Shown: positions 47,751 to 60,803 of the stretch, piece by piece | Numbering within the stretch: the stretch's first letter is position 1 | How the letters are laid out: every line of letters starts with the position of its first letter | NCBI GenBank assembly: GCA_030390025.1 | Contig: CM059432.1 | Location: forward strand, 41,232,001-41,296,000 | Direction: 5' to 3' | DNA length: 64,000 nt | DNA from: Squalus acanthias | Lineage: Eukaryota | Made by a program: the position numbers and the translations under genes | Notes under the pieces: model-generated | Told to the model about the DNA's origin: nothing | The model's input: the letters and a program-made list of their open reading frames with translations, nothing else | Database searches by the model: none

Positions 47751-49734
47751 GGTAGAATTAATTAAAAGCTTTTAGTTTGTCATGTACAAACTTTTTTAAA
47801 AGATTACTTGTCAGAAATGACCGGGATATAATAGAACTGCATAATAATACGTTAACACTTCAGAAAAGTCACTCAATTACACGGTTATGCATCAACAAAC
47901 AATCCAAAAGCCCAAGGTGAGCTGAAAGAGACATATCTATTCGTGCACTTTGTATTAATTTTAAAGTTTTCAATGTATTAGCCCATCCCTCATGTCACTA
48001 TAGCAGTGGCTGCACAAGCAGCAGGAGCAGCAGCTTTCCTATGGCGCTGACGTGCTGTACATCCAGATACGTAATTAGAATATTAATCACAATGTAGTTC
48101 TTTAGTTCACAGTATTAAAAAGAATTGAACTAAAACAGGTATCTGTTTTTTCAACTTCAATCACTTCCATTAATAAACATGATCTTCTTGAACCAGCACA
48201 CCCCCATGTAACATGTCAGAAATGCAGCACTTATTCACAAGTGCAGAAAAACACATACACAATTTGCGTCATCGAATTAAAAACAAAAACAGGAGAAGCC
48301 ATGATTTAACAGAAATAAACAGGAAGATGAATCAGACTGACTTGAAAATGTTTACTAATATGTTGACGTAAAAATGTTAATTTATGAATTTTGCTTCTAA
48401 TGTTTTTCCCTCAAACGTTCTCCACAATATTAATTCCTGCTCTTATCATGAAAAGTGTTGAATTATTTTAAGTACTTCTCAATTAAATAACAGGAAACAA
48501 ACTTCATCGTACTCTAAATTTTTAATCTCCTATTTCAAGCATTTATACCAAATTGAAATTGTACATTATCAGTTTAATCGAAGTATTTTCTGTGTCTTTT
48601 CAATAAACAAATAGTAGTTTCTTCTAAAATAACTTCCTGTGATTTTTATACATCATTACATAACTCTTGTTTCTATTAACACTCCACTAAACGTTTAAGA
48701 GGAAATCTATACTTATATTATTCCTGGGACTTATTCAGACTATAGAATGACAGACAAAATAAAATGGTTTGTGTTTTTCCCCTTTTTTGGTTCTCTTCCT
48801 AAACGCCTTAATATTTTTTAAAAAGTCAATAAAAAGTAATATGTAACTCCTACAAATCCTCCCCGCCCTACTCCTCCTCAACAGCATGGTTGTGTAAAAC
48901 TGCTCACTTCAGTCGATCGTTCAGAATCAAATATTGAGCAATTTCAATTTTAAAACGTTTTATAGCAATTCAGAGCCTCTTTAAAAGCGTTTGGACTTCA
49001 AGACCTGGTTGAAACTTGTTTAGATGAGGGGAAAATTGATTTTTGCTTGTTTCTTCCAAAATCATATTTGAAACTTAGGGGGAAAAAAGTGTTTTTAACA
49101 CTCTTTTTGGGAAAGTTCATTAAAAATCTTTAAATTCTTTCAAGTCTCGTTGCAGCTTTGGCAGAAGAAGTTGCTCCAAGTTTCTCTTTCCCTCTTCAAT
49201 GCTGTTGTTAAACATGCAACAGAAAAATAATAAAATAAACTCTAATTCCAAACGAAGCTCAAATAAGAAGTGAATAAAGTGGTTAAACTTCCTAAGAAGG
49301 CGGTGAGGTTCTCGATCCCCAGCCTTGGCGATGAGTTGGATCAGTTTTGGAGAAGTTGTTTCCTCTTTTTCTGCTACCGTTCCCTCCGTCTCTCACAGAC
49401 TCTGAGCTACAAACAGGGGCACAAACTTTCCCCCTCTCTCATAATATGATTTAAATAACCCTGAGAGACTCTTTCAAAAAGGGGACAACACCTGGCAAAA
49501 TATAACTGGAACTTACCACGGGACATTCATCATCACTTTCCCATATTTTTTTCCAGCTTTAAACAATTTTCTGAATTTAAAAAAAATGTAATCGTGGGCC
49601 TAAAACTTGTTTGCTTTAGCCTCCTTCCTGCGGCCATTGTACATGTGTTGCGCCTCCACCTGTGTTGTTCCTAAGTGCGGCCGTCGCTCAGTCCCCGGGA
49701 ATGGACTAGACATGCCTGGACCCTCACCCCTCTC

Positions 49735-50660
49735 TTCCTCTGTCCCTGTCTCTCTCTCCCTCTGTCCCTGTCTCTCTCTATCTCTATCTCCCTCTGTCCC
49801 TGTCTCTATCTCTATCTCCCTCTGTCCCTGTCTCTCTCTATCTCTATCTCCCTCTGTCCCTGTCTCTCTCTATCTCTATCTCCCTCTGTCCCTGTCTCTC
49901 TCTATCTCTATCTCCCTCTGTCCCTGTCTCTATCTCTATCTCCCTCTGTCCCTGTCTCTATCTCTATCTCCCTCTGTCCCTGTCTCTCTCTCTCTATCTC
50001 CCTCTGTCCCTGTCTCTCTATCTCCCTCTGGCCTGTCTCTTACTCTCTCCATCTGACCCTGTCTGTCTCTATCACTGTCTCACTGTCTCTCTCTCTCCCT
50101 CTCTGTCCGTCCCTCTCTCTTTCTCTTACCGTCCCTCTCTCTCTCTCTCCCTCTCTGTCCGTTCCTCTCTCTTTCTCTTACCGTCCCTCTCTCTCTCTCT
50201 CTGTCCGTTCCTCTCTCTTTCTCTTACCGTCCCTCTCTCTCTCTCTCTGTCCGTTCCTCTCTCTTTCTCTTACCGTCCCTCTCTCTCTCTCTCTCTCTGT
50301 CCGTTCCTCTCTCTTTCTCTTACCGTCCCTCTCTCTCTCTCTCTCTCTCTGTCCGTCCCTCTCTCTTTCTCTTACCGTCCCTCTCTCTCTCTCTCTCTCT
50401 GTCCGTCCCTCTCTCTTTCTCTTACCGTCCCTCTCACTCTCTCTCTCTGTCCGTTCCTCTCTCTTTCTCTTACCGTCCCTCTCTCTCTCTCTCTCTGTCC
50501 GTCCCTCTCTCTTTCTCTTACCGTCCCTCTCTCTCTCTCTCTGTCCGTCCCTCTCTCTTTCTCTTACCGTCCCTCTCTCTCTCTCTCTCTCTGTCCGTTC
50601 CTCTCTCTTTCTCTTACCGTCCCTCTCTCTCTCTCTCTCTGTCCGTTCCTCTCTCTATGT
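49735..50660 (+). repeat. Two CT-rich minisatellites (CCCTCTGTCCCTGT(CT)nATCTCTATCT, then CTGTCCGTYCCTCTCTCTTTCTCTTACCGTCC(CT)n)
   Basis: Directly visible tandem units. Confidence 0.95.
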
Positions 50661-51039
50661 CTCTTTGTTTCGCTGTTTCTCTCTGCAAAGAATATTGGAG
50701 CAAAAGGAGAAGCAGAGAATCAGTTGGTTCAGGAAAGAGCTTTACTCCCGTTTTTTTAAACATTTGAAATCTAGTCAAAGTTGAAACGTGAGAATTCTTT
50801 CCCTCTTAGGGGAAACGCTTCTTGCCAATGCATTCCTAAATGTGCTCCTGTGATAATGAAGGTGCTCATATCAAACACCAGCTCCACTAACCTGTTCGCA
50901 ATTAATTGAATGGCCTTCGTGTCCCGGATCAGTGTAATCCTGAGCGATAACTGCCTGCAGGTTTTAGAAGAGACAATTAAATGAGGCCCTGTAGATGGAT
51001 GTTAAAGATTTTTTTACTGCTATTGTAAGAAACGCAGGG

Positions 51040-53960
51040 TATCTCCCTCCCCCAGTCTCTCTCCCCCAGCCCCTCTCTCTCCCCACGCCTCTCTCTCTCC
51101 CCCAGCCTCTCTCTCTCTCTCTCTCCCCCAGCCTCTCTCTCTCTCTCTCTCCCCCAGCCTCTCTCTCTCCCCCAGCCTCTCTCTCTCCCCCAGCCTCTCT
51201 CTCTCCCCCAGCCTCTCTCTCTCCCCCAGCCTCTCTCTCTCCCCCAGCCTCTCTCGCTCCCCCAGCCTCTCTCTCTCCCCCAGCCTCTCTCTCTCTCCCC
51301 AGCCTCTCTCTCTCTCTCTCTCCCCCAGCCCCTCTCTCTCTCCCCCAGCCTCTCTCTCTCCCCCAGCTTCTCTCTCTCCCCCAGCCTTTCTCTCTCCCCC
51401 AGCCTCTCTCTCTCCCCCAGCCTCTCTCCCTCCCCCAGCCTCTCTCTCTCCCCCAGCCTCTCTCGCTCCCCCAGCCTCTCTCTCTCTCCCCCAGCCTCTC
51501 TCTCTCCCCCAGCCTCTCTCCCCAGCCCCTCACTCTCCCCCAGCCTCTCTTCCCCAGCCTCTCTCTTTCTCCCCATCACTCTCTCCCTCCCCAGTCTCTC
51601 TTTCTCTCTTTCCCCCCAGTCTCTCTTGATCCCAATCTCTCCCCCCCAGTCTCTCTCCCCCAGTCTCTCTCCCCCAGTCTCTCTCCCCCCAGTCTCTCTC
51701 CCCCCAGTCTCTCTCCCCCAGTCTCTCTCTGCCCCCAGTCTCTCTCTGCCCCCCAGTCTCTCTCTGCCCCCCAGTCTCTCTCTGCCCCCCAGTCTCTCTC
51801 CCCCCAGTCTCTCTCCCCCAGTCTCTCTGCCCCCCAGTCTCTCTCTGCCCCCCAGTCTCTCTCTGCCCCCCCAGTCTCTCTCTGCCCCCCAGTCTCTCTC
51901 TGCCCCCCAGTCTCTCTCTGCCCCCCAGTCTCTCTCTTCCCCCCAGTCTCTCTCTGCCCCCCAGTCTCTCTCTGCCCCCCCAGTCTCTCTTCTCCCCCCA
52001 GTCTCTCTCTCCCCCAGTCTCTCTCTCCCCCCAGTCTCTCTCTCCCCCCAGTCTCTCTCTCCCCCCCAGTCTCTCTCTCTCCCCCCCCAGTCTCTCTCTC
52101 TCCCCCCCCGTCTCTCTCTCCCCCCCGTCTCTCTCTCCCTCCCCAGTCTCTCTTTCTCTCTTTCCCCCAGTCTCTCTTGATCCCAATCTCTCCCCCCCGA
52201 GTCTCTCTCCCCCCCAGTCTCTCTCTGCCCCCCAGTCTCTCTCTCTCTCTCCCTCAGTCTCTCTCTCCCCCAATCTCTTTCTCTCTCCCCCAGTCTCTCT
52301 CTCTCCTCCCGTCTCTTTCTCTCTCCCAGTCTCTCTCTCCCCTGTTTCTCTCTCTCCCCCAGTCTCTCTCTCTCTCCTCCAGTCTCTTTCTCTCTCCCAG
52401 TCTCTCTCTCTCTCCTCCCGTCTCTTTCTCTCTCCCAGTCTCTCTCTCTCCCCTGTTTCTCTCTCTCCCCCCAGTCTCTCTCTCTCTCCTCCAGTCTCTT
52501 TCTCTCTCCCCCAGTCTCTCTCTCTCTCCCTCAGTCTCTCTCTCCCCCAATCTCTTTCTCTCTCCCCCAGTCTCTCTCTCTCCCCTGTTTCTCTCTCTCC
52601 CCCAGTCTCTCTCTCTCTCCTCCAGTCTCTTTCTCTCTCCCCCAGTCTCTCTCTCTCTCTCTCCCTCAGTCTCTCTCTCCCCCAATCTCTCTCTCTCCCC
52701 CAGTCTCTCTCTCCCCTGTTTTTCTCTCTCTCTCTCTCTCCCCAGTCTCTCTCTCCTCCAGTCTCTCTCTCTCTCCCCGTCTCTCTCACTCTCCCCAATC
52801 TCTCTCTCTCTCCCCGTTTCTCTCTCTCTCCTCCAGTCTCTTTCTCTCTCCCCCAGTCTCTCTCTCTCTCTCCCCCAATCTCTCTCTCTCTCTCTCTCCC
52901 CCAGTCTCTCTCTCTCTCTCTCCCCCAGTCTCTCTCTCTCTCTCCCCCAGTCTCTCCCTCTCTCTCCCCCCAGTCTCTCTCTCTCTCACCAAGCCTCTCT
53001 CTCTCCCCCAATCTCTCTCTCTGACTCTCCCCCAGTCTCTCTCTCTCTCTCCCCCCAGTCTCTCTCTCTCTCTCCCCCCAGTCTCTCTCTCTCTCTCTCC
53101 CCCAGTCTCTCTCTCTCTCTCCCCCAGTCTCTCTCCCTCTCCCCCAGTCTCTGTCTCTCTCTCTCCCCCTCTCCCCCAGTCTCTCTCCCCCCAGTCTCTC
53201 TCTCTCTCCCCAATCTCTCTCTCTCTCTCTCCCCCAGTCTCTCTCTCTCTCCCCCTAGTCTCTCTCTCTCTCTCCCCAGTCTCTCTCTCTCTCTCTCTCT
53301 CCCCCAGTCTCTCTCTCTCTCTCCCAGTCTCTCTCCCCCAGTCTCTCTCTCTCTCCCCCAGTCTCTCTCTCTCTCCCCAGTCTCTCTCTCTCTCCCCCAG
53401 TCTCTCTCTCCCCAGTCTCTCTCTCTCTCACCCAGCCTCTCTCTCTCCCCCAATCTCTCTCTCTGACTCTCCCCCAGTCTCTCTCTCTCTCCCCCCAGTC
53501 TCTCTCTCTCTCCCCCAGTCTCTCTCTCTCTCTCTCTCCCCCCAGTCTCTCTCTTCCCAGTCTCTCTCTCTCTCTCACCCAGCCTCTCTCTCTCCCCCAG
53601 TCTCTCTCTCTCTCCCCCAGTCTCTCTCTCTCCCCCCAGTCTCTCTCTCTCCCCCAGTCTCTCTCTCTCCCCAGCCTCTCTCTCTCACCCAGCTCTCTCT
53701 CTCTCCCCCAATCTCTCTCTCTCTCCCCTCCAGTCTCTCTCTCTCCCCTCCAGTCTCTCTCTCTCCCCCCAGTCTCTCTCTCTCCCCCCAGTCTCTCTCT
53801 CTCCCCCAGTCTCTCTCTCTCTCTCCTCCAATCTCTCTCTTCTCTAGTCTCTCTCTCTCTCACCCCCAGTCTCTCTCTCTCTCCCAGTCTCTCTCTCTCT
53901 CCCCCCCCCCCCAGTCACTCTCTCCCTCTCCTCCAATCTTATCTCTCCCTCCCTCCCTCT
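51040..53960 (+). repeat. ~2.9 kb (CT)nCCCCCAG[C/T] tandem array
   Basis: Directly visible; unit switches from CAGCC to CAGTC near 51590. Confidence 0.97.
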
Positions 53961-55344
53961 CTGACGGGTTCCAGTGCGCATGCGCTCTTTATAAGCGCAC
54001 CGCCATACTCCCAGCACTGTATCGGCATTCGGCAGCCGCTCACATTCTCAGTACCAGCAGGCGCTGAAATGGGTCCAGCGCGCAGGCGCCGAAGCTCACT
54101 CACACGGGCCTAAAGAAGGAGACTGTGGGACGCGATTGAAAAGAGTCTGCTCCAGCGGGACTGCGTGGCCTGCAATGCCTGGTGCGTGACAGCCTCGAGG
54201 TAACTGCGTGGTCGCCCACCCGCGCAGCTTAGGGGGAACAGTGCTCTGGAGTGGGGCTTGAACACACAATCTTCTGAATACCGAGTTACGTTGGCACACA
54301 CCGTAGAAAGGTATTCTGAAGCCAATAACCTGTCTTGAGTATTCTTGCCAAGACATTTTATTGTATTTTAGGTTGCATATTTCGGAATGAACTTGACAGG
54401 GAACATCAATATTTAGGGTGTCTGCTTTGCCGTGACATGAAAGTGATGATATAACATTGGAGTCAGATCCCACACCGACTCTGGATGGAGCCATGTGAGA
54501 CCCTCTGGAGAAGGCAGGCTTACACCTCTTGGGTTTGACACTACTTAAAGTAGTGCCGGCTAAAAGCCTTAACTTAAATAGAGTTCAGGGTATCCCTCGG
54601 ATCTCCTGGGAACTTGATAAACTTATGCAGCGTTTTAAATGTTTTGAAAGTGTGGATTCTCCTGCATACACAGAGCTCTCTTATGATCTCAATAAATCAA
54701 TTCATAGTAGGGCAGCATAAATCAGTTCCGCCCGTCCGAAATCGATTCTATATCCCCGGGTCTCAGATCAGTAGCTACAGTTTCAGTGCAGTCTTTGACC
54801 AGAAACTGCATGCTCAATTTGTGCATCCTGAATGCCCTGCTGATCCAGAAGTACAAACAACCAGGAGCTGAAAGACATCAATAAAAGAAACACAAAACTA
54901 TTCTTCTTGTAACCGGGTATTTGTAGAGTTAATTAAAATGGTGTTCTGATGGTGTTATCGTTGTATTATTGTAGTACATAAGGTGTATGGAAATGTCCCC
55001 GTAGTGAATTGAAATGATCACCTAGTAAACATGCAGTAGCAATGTATAGTAGATATTTATTATACTTTAGTAACCAAAAATTTGTGGAAAGTTTGTTACA
55101 GCTGCAGAGCATATTGTTGTCCACAGTGTTCTCATCTTGTTCATTTCATCGAGGTGCAGCAATCACATCCCCTTAATAGTGAATTGCTTAATGTAACAAA
55201 AGTCAAATACTGTACCTAGTTTTTTTATTAGCTCTCAACATTGGTGCAAGTGTGACAAAAATACCAAATTTTCTGCTTGAGTACAAATACGCTACTTCAT
55301 GTGACATGTATATGGTTTTGCGTTGCCCTTGCTAACATTATCTG

Positions 55345-56185
55345 TAGACATAGGGTCAGCTTTTACATGTACACTGATGACACCCAGCTCTACCTCGCTA
55401 CCACCTCTCTCGACCCCTCCACTGCCTCTGTGATGTCAGACTGTTAGTCCGACATTCAGTCTTGGATTAGCCGCAATTTCCTCCAACTAAACATTGGCAA
55501 GACTGAAGCCATTGTATTTGGCTCCCAGCACAAACTTCGTACCCTTATCACCAGTTCCATTCCCCACCTGGGCTGCTGTGTACTGTCTGAAGCTGAATCA
55601 GACTGCTTGCAATCATGGTGTCCTCTTCAACCCTGATCTGAGCTTCTCACCCCATATCCTCTCCATCTCAATCTCTGTAACATTACTTGCCTCCACCCTT
55701 ACCTCAGCCCATCTGCTGCTGAAACCCTCATTCATGCCCTTGTCACCTCCAAAATTGACTATTCTAATGCTCTTATGGCCATCCTCTGTAAACTTGAGCT
55801 CATCCAAACCTCTGTTCCCTATATCTTATCCCGCATCAAGTCCTGCTCACCAGTCACCCTGTCCTCACTAACTGGGATTGGCTTCTGGTCCCCCAGTGCC
55901 TAAAATTTTTAATTCTCATCCTTGTGTTTAAATCCCTCCCTATCTCTGTAATTTCCTCCAGCTCTACAACCAATCCTCCACCCTGAACTCTCCGTTCCTT
56001 TGACTTTGGCTTCCTGTGTGTCCCTCCCTCTTCTCAAGCCATTTCAGCAACATAGGCTCCATGCCCTGGAATTCCATCTCCAAATTCAGTTGCTCCTCCA
56101 CCTCCTTCTCCACCTTTATAGACCCTCCTTAACACCCATTTCTTTGGCCAAGCTTTTGGTCACCCCCTTCTAATATCTCCTTTTC
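55345..56185 (+). mobile_element. L2 LINE 3' part, degraded and split by a DeuSINE (remainder ~56500-56575)
   Basis: Similar to 28410-29300. Confidence 0.82.
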
Positions 56186-56186
56186 T

Positions 56187-56500
56187 TGCTTTTCGGAGGA
56201 GACGTTAAACCGAGGCCCCGTCTGCTCTCAGGTGGATGTAAAAGATCCCATGGCACTATTTTGATGAAGAGCAGGGGAGTTATCCCCGGTGTCCTGGCCA
56301 ATATTTATCCCTCAATCAACTTCACTAAAACAGATTATCTGCTCATTATCCCTTGCTGTTTGTGAGAGCTTGCTTTGTACAAATTGGCTGCTGCGTTTCC
56401 TACATTACAACAGTGATTACACTTCAAAAGTACTTCATTGGCTGTAAAGCGCTTTGGGACGTCCTGAGGTCATGAAAGGCGCTTTATAAATGCTTTCTTT
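56187..56500 (+). mobile_element. 5'-truncated DeuSINE
   Basis: Highly similar to 43972-44290. Confidence 0.85.
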
Positions 56501-57382
56501 ATTAGTGCCCCTTTTTTGATTATGCCTCTGTGAAGCACTTTGGGATGTTCTTCTACATTAAGGGCATTATTTGATGCTTTGGAGTGTGTTATGTGATGTA
56601 ACTTTGCATTAGTATAGCATTAAAAAAAATTTTACAAAGTAATGTTAAGCGCTACCTTTATAATATCCACTGATGAATTTACAGATACTGTTGTGGTGCA
56701 CTGCTGCCAATTTTGATAGACTGGTTACCCAAAGCAAAGGGAAACCTAGGACCATTTTACACCCTCCCTGTTTTGATTTGAGAGACATCAAATTTGAAAG
56801 AAACAATGGGAATTAATCTCTCTTGGGACTCTCCCAATAGTTGTGCCTGGTCTCCTGAGCAGAATGTCTGTTTCCTCAATTTTACAGAGGCTGAGCACGA
56901 AGAACTGACTTTGCAGTGTCACTCTCAGCTTCCTCTGCTACTTAACCTTTTACTTAGAGACTTAACCACTAAGAGTTTTCAGCTAAGAAAGCATCAGAGC
57001 TATGTTTTATTAATAATTACTGGGGTGCTTTTTTTTAAGAATCTCCTAGATTTGGTATATTTGTATTGGTATATTCAAAATAAATTATTCAATGACTGCA
57101 CTGATACTAAAAAATCATTACCTATAGCACTATTTATATGAAATAAATAGAATCTGGATACATTCTAGCTACAGAAAATTAATTTTAAGTAACTTTTTAA
57201 ACTTATGGGCCATGTTTTTCTTTAAAAAACTCAAAGAAAAGTCTATAATAGAGGAAAAAAATGGAAGTCTGGTGGTATAGTGCCTTCATCATGACATGAA
57301 AACTATAATTACATGTGTGTGACTGGTCAGAGCCCCTTGTAATGGCTTCTTAAGCAAGTAAAATTCTTGCTATCAGAGAGAC

Positions 57383-58616
57383 TTGCTTCACTGTGTAGTG
57401 CTGAAGACCTATGCTCCAGAATTAGCCATGGCTCTAGTTAAACTGTTCCAGTACAGCTACAACACTGGCATCTACCCAACAAGGTGGAGAATTACCCGGG
57501 TATGTGCTGTCCATAAAAAGGTCAAATCCAACCCGGCCAATTATCGAACCGAATGCCGCACCAAGATGCCCTAGTAAAACTGAAGTTAATGGGGATCAGG
57601 GGGAAAACTCTCCAGTGGTTGGAATCATACTTGGCACAAAAGAAGATGGTTGTGGTTTTTGGAGCCCAATCATCTCAGTCCCAGGACATTGCTACAGGAG
57701 TTCCTCAGGGCAGCATCCTAGGCCCAACTATCTTCAGCTGCTTCATCAATGACCTTCCCTCCACCATCATAAGGTCAGAAGTGGGGTTGTTCGCTGATAA
57801 ATGCACAGTGTTCAGTTTCATTCACAATTCCTCAGATAATGAGGTAGTCCATACCCATATGCAGCAAGACCTGGACAACATCCAAGGTTGGGCTGATAAG
57901 TGGCAATTAATGATCACGCCATACAAATGCCAAGAAATTATCATTTCCAACAAGAGAGAGCCTAACCACCTCCGTTTGACATTCAATGGCCGAATCCCTC
58001 CCATTAACATCCTAGGGGTAACCATTGACCAGAAACTCAACTGGACCAGCCACATAAATGTCGTGGCTACTAGAGCAGGTTGGAGGCTACTCCTGCTCTT
58101 ATTTTTTATGTTCTTATATTATGCATGAGTGGCTTTTCTCCTGACTCCCCAAAGCCACTCCGCCACCTAAATGCACAAGTTAGGAGTGTGATGGAATACT
58201 CTGACCTTTCCTGGATAGGTGCAGCTTCAACAACAACCAAGAAGCTCAACACCATCCAGGACAAAGCAATTCGCTCGATCGACACCCCATCCACTGGCTT
58301 AAACATCCACTCCCTGTACCATTGGCGTACCGTAGTTGCAGTGTACTATTTACAACATACACTGCAAGAAGTCATCAAAGCATCGTCGGCAGCACCTCCA
58401 AGTCACACATCATGCTGACTTGGACATATATGCCCATTTCTTCATTGTTGCTGGGTCAAAATCCAGAACTCCTTACCTAACAACATTGTGGAAAAATCAT
58501 CACCACTGCAGCAGTTCAACAAGAGTTCCCACCACCTCCTTCTCAAAGACAGCTAGGGATGGCCAATAAATGTCAGCCTTGCCAGCGACGCCCATATCCC
58601 GAGAATTAATTAAAAA
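57383..58616 (+). mobile_element. CR1-clade LINE (second family), RT fragment with internal deletions
   Basis: LKTYAPELA, NPANY, GVPQGSILGPTIFSCFINDL, FADKCT and LGVTIDQKLNW motifs; 3' tail shared with 41555-41820. Confidence 0.85.
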
Positions 58617-59448
58617 ATATTCCTTCTGCCTTTCCAAGGCAGCCACGTAGAAAACCCCAGCACAATTTATTTTGCAATACACTAGCATCACATCACGTAG
58701 CTCAAACTTAATTTGCTGCTAAATACTGAATCAGAACCATAAGCTTGCATTCCTTTTGGGAGTCTCTTGCACGCTACGGGCTCAATCTGGGAGATCTGAG
58801 CACCGATATAAGTGCTTTTTAGCTGCCTTTCTTGCATTTCGCAATGTACAATTGTATGCAGTGTAAATATATGCAAAGCACAATATGTGGAAAGACCTTT
58901 AAATATGAGAGTTGGATAATTCATCGGTGCAAATTCATGAGGGTGAGATATTCATTTTCCACTGTACAGATCAACATTTATATAGCTGTTTGTACTGTTT
59001 TCATTCACAGACCCTAAAAATTCAATTTAGTTAATTGTTTGAGCTAACACATTCAGAATATGATTTGAAGTAACAGCTCAGTTCAGCGTTTAGTATAGCG
59101 TGTTTAAAGCAACTTTTTAAAGTTGGAACATCTCTTAGTTTCTGATGTAACCAGACTGCAATTTATTGCAATTGAAAACTGAATGTAAACATGCTTTGTA
59201 GAACATTCCAGACTCCTCCACAAGTTCCACCTGGTTTCTTCAAAGACTTCATGTTGATTGAGTAACAAAAAATACACCTGGATGTATTCTATTTAGTATA
59301 GCTGCCGTTGCTGAATAATATAATTTTTAAAAACACTTTATTTGACAGAGTTGGATTAATTATGAAGATGTGGGGTATTATCTAGCCTATGCAGATCAGT
59401 GAAAGGAATATAATCATATTCTCACTTCCCGTTTAGCAGAAACCGTTT

Positions 59449-60221
59449 GGGCTGGATTTTGAATGACCCATGGAGTCGGGTTTGGAGGCGTGTGGGGGGT
59501 TAAATTTGCGGGGTCGGGGTTTCCGACCCCACCCCGACTCCATCCCGCCTCCACGCAATTTTGACAGAATCAGTCGCGGGGTTCCCGACTCCGTCCCGCC
59601 TTCAAGAGGTGGGAGAGGCCATTAAAGCCCTTAACAAGCTCTAAATTGGCTCTGTAATGCCATTTTGAAACGTTTTAGCTAGTTTAACCCTCTTCTGACA
59701 TGAAGCACGCCTGGTGTGAAACACTCCAGTGAAACCTGGCGGGAGCACAAGTGGATAGCTGACTATCGGCTGCAGGTCCACTATTACAACGGAGATGTGA
59801 TGAAGGTAGTAGGTCTGAAGTCGCCTCTGATGCTGCTGCATTGAATGTGTTCAGAGACTGCCTGGCCTTTGCTGTGAGAGGACTTGGATGCAAAAAAATT
59901 CTCTCTCTCTCTTCTCATATCAATTTTGCATCCAGGTCCACTGACAGCAAAAGCCAGGCAGGTCCTCTCTCACCAACAGGCAGGCAGTCTCTGAGACCAG
60001 TCAGACAGTCTCTGACCTGCAATGCAGCAGGAATGATGACATGATCAGAGGCGACTTTCAGACTGAAAACACTAATTAGTTCATGGGTTCCCACATGCTC
60101 CAACTCAATTGCCCAATTAAGTGAAAATTGCATCAAGCATCCACATTAATCTGGAGTCGGGGGGGAAACACGAAATGCGGATTACACGACCCCAACCCGA
60201 CCCCAAGACAAAATCCAGCCC
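59449..60221. mobile_element. Harbinger-type MITE
   Basis: Perfect 13-bp TIR GGGCTGGATTTTG / CAAAATCCAGCCC; TTT TSD. Confidence 0.9.
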
Positions 60222-60803
60222 TTTAAAACCAAGGCTGATTATTCCCTCCCTAATCTAGGGGTACTAACGTCAATTGAGAGCACCGATTGCGACCCTGACG
60301 AAGATCAGCTAATTCAGCACAGACAGGGAATCTAACCTGGAATCTTTGTGTTCTGTCTGTCTCAGCCACTGGAGAAGTATGTGGATGATGTTGTTGTTAG
60401 AAGTTCTGAAACTGACAGTGAGGGGACAAATTAACTTGCAATTACAAGACCTTAAAAGCATCCTAGGGGTTAACACTGTTATCTTCAGTAATACTAGTTT
60501 AACTATTTTACACTGTCTAATGGGTGTAAAATTGACAATCTTGCTCACAGGCTATAGAGATGATTGGTGTCGGAAAGGGGAAAGTCGCAATGGTGCTGTA
60601 CAGGGTTTTGTAGTGAGCTTGGGTTTAAAAAACCTTTGATGGGACAAGGTAGTGGGAGGTTTACCCTGCAACTTTCTGTGGTCTACCTTACTGGAGTGCT
60701 CAGTGCTGAACCTGGATGCCTATTTCATTCCTCAGAAACCCTTCCACTAATTATACCTTCAACACTCGATGTTTAACATTCTGTTTACTTGTTTAATTAT
60801 CAT

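Larger units (their letters stand above)
46564..54243. mobile_element. hAT-type DNA transposon, 7680 bp, apparently non-autonomous
   Basis: TIRs CAATGTTCCCTCTAA / rc CACTGTTCCCCCTAA (13 of 15 match); perfect 8-bp TSD CTCTGGAG at 46556-46563 and 54244-54251. Confidence 0.88.

Noticed and set aside
49735..50660. CRISPR-like repeat-spacer array
   Set aside because: Vertebrate DNA; units differ only in (CT)n length and have no unique spacers
49607..53863. Long ORFs (823 aa S/L/P-rich; 493 aa E/R/G-rich and others)
   Set aside because: Translations of CT/GA tandem repeats that lack stop codons by composition; no domain signal
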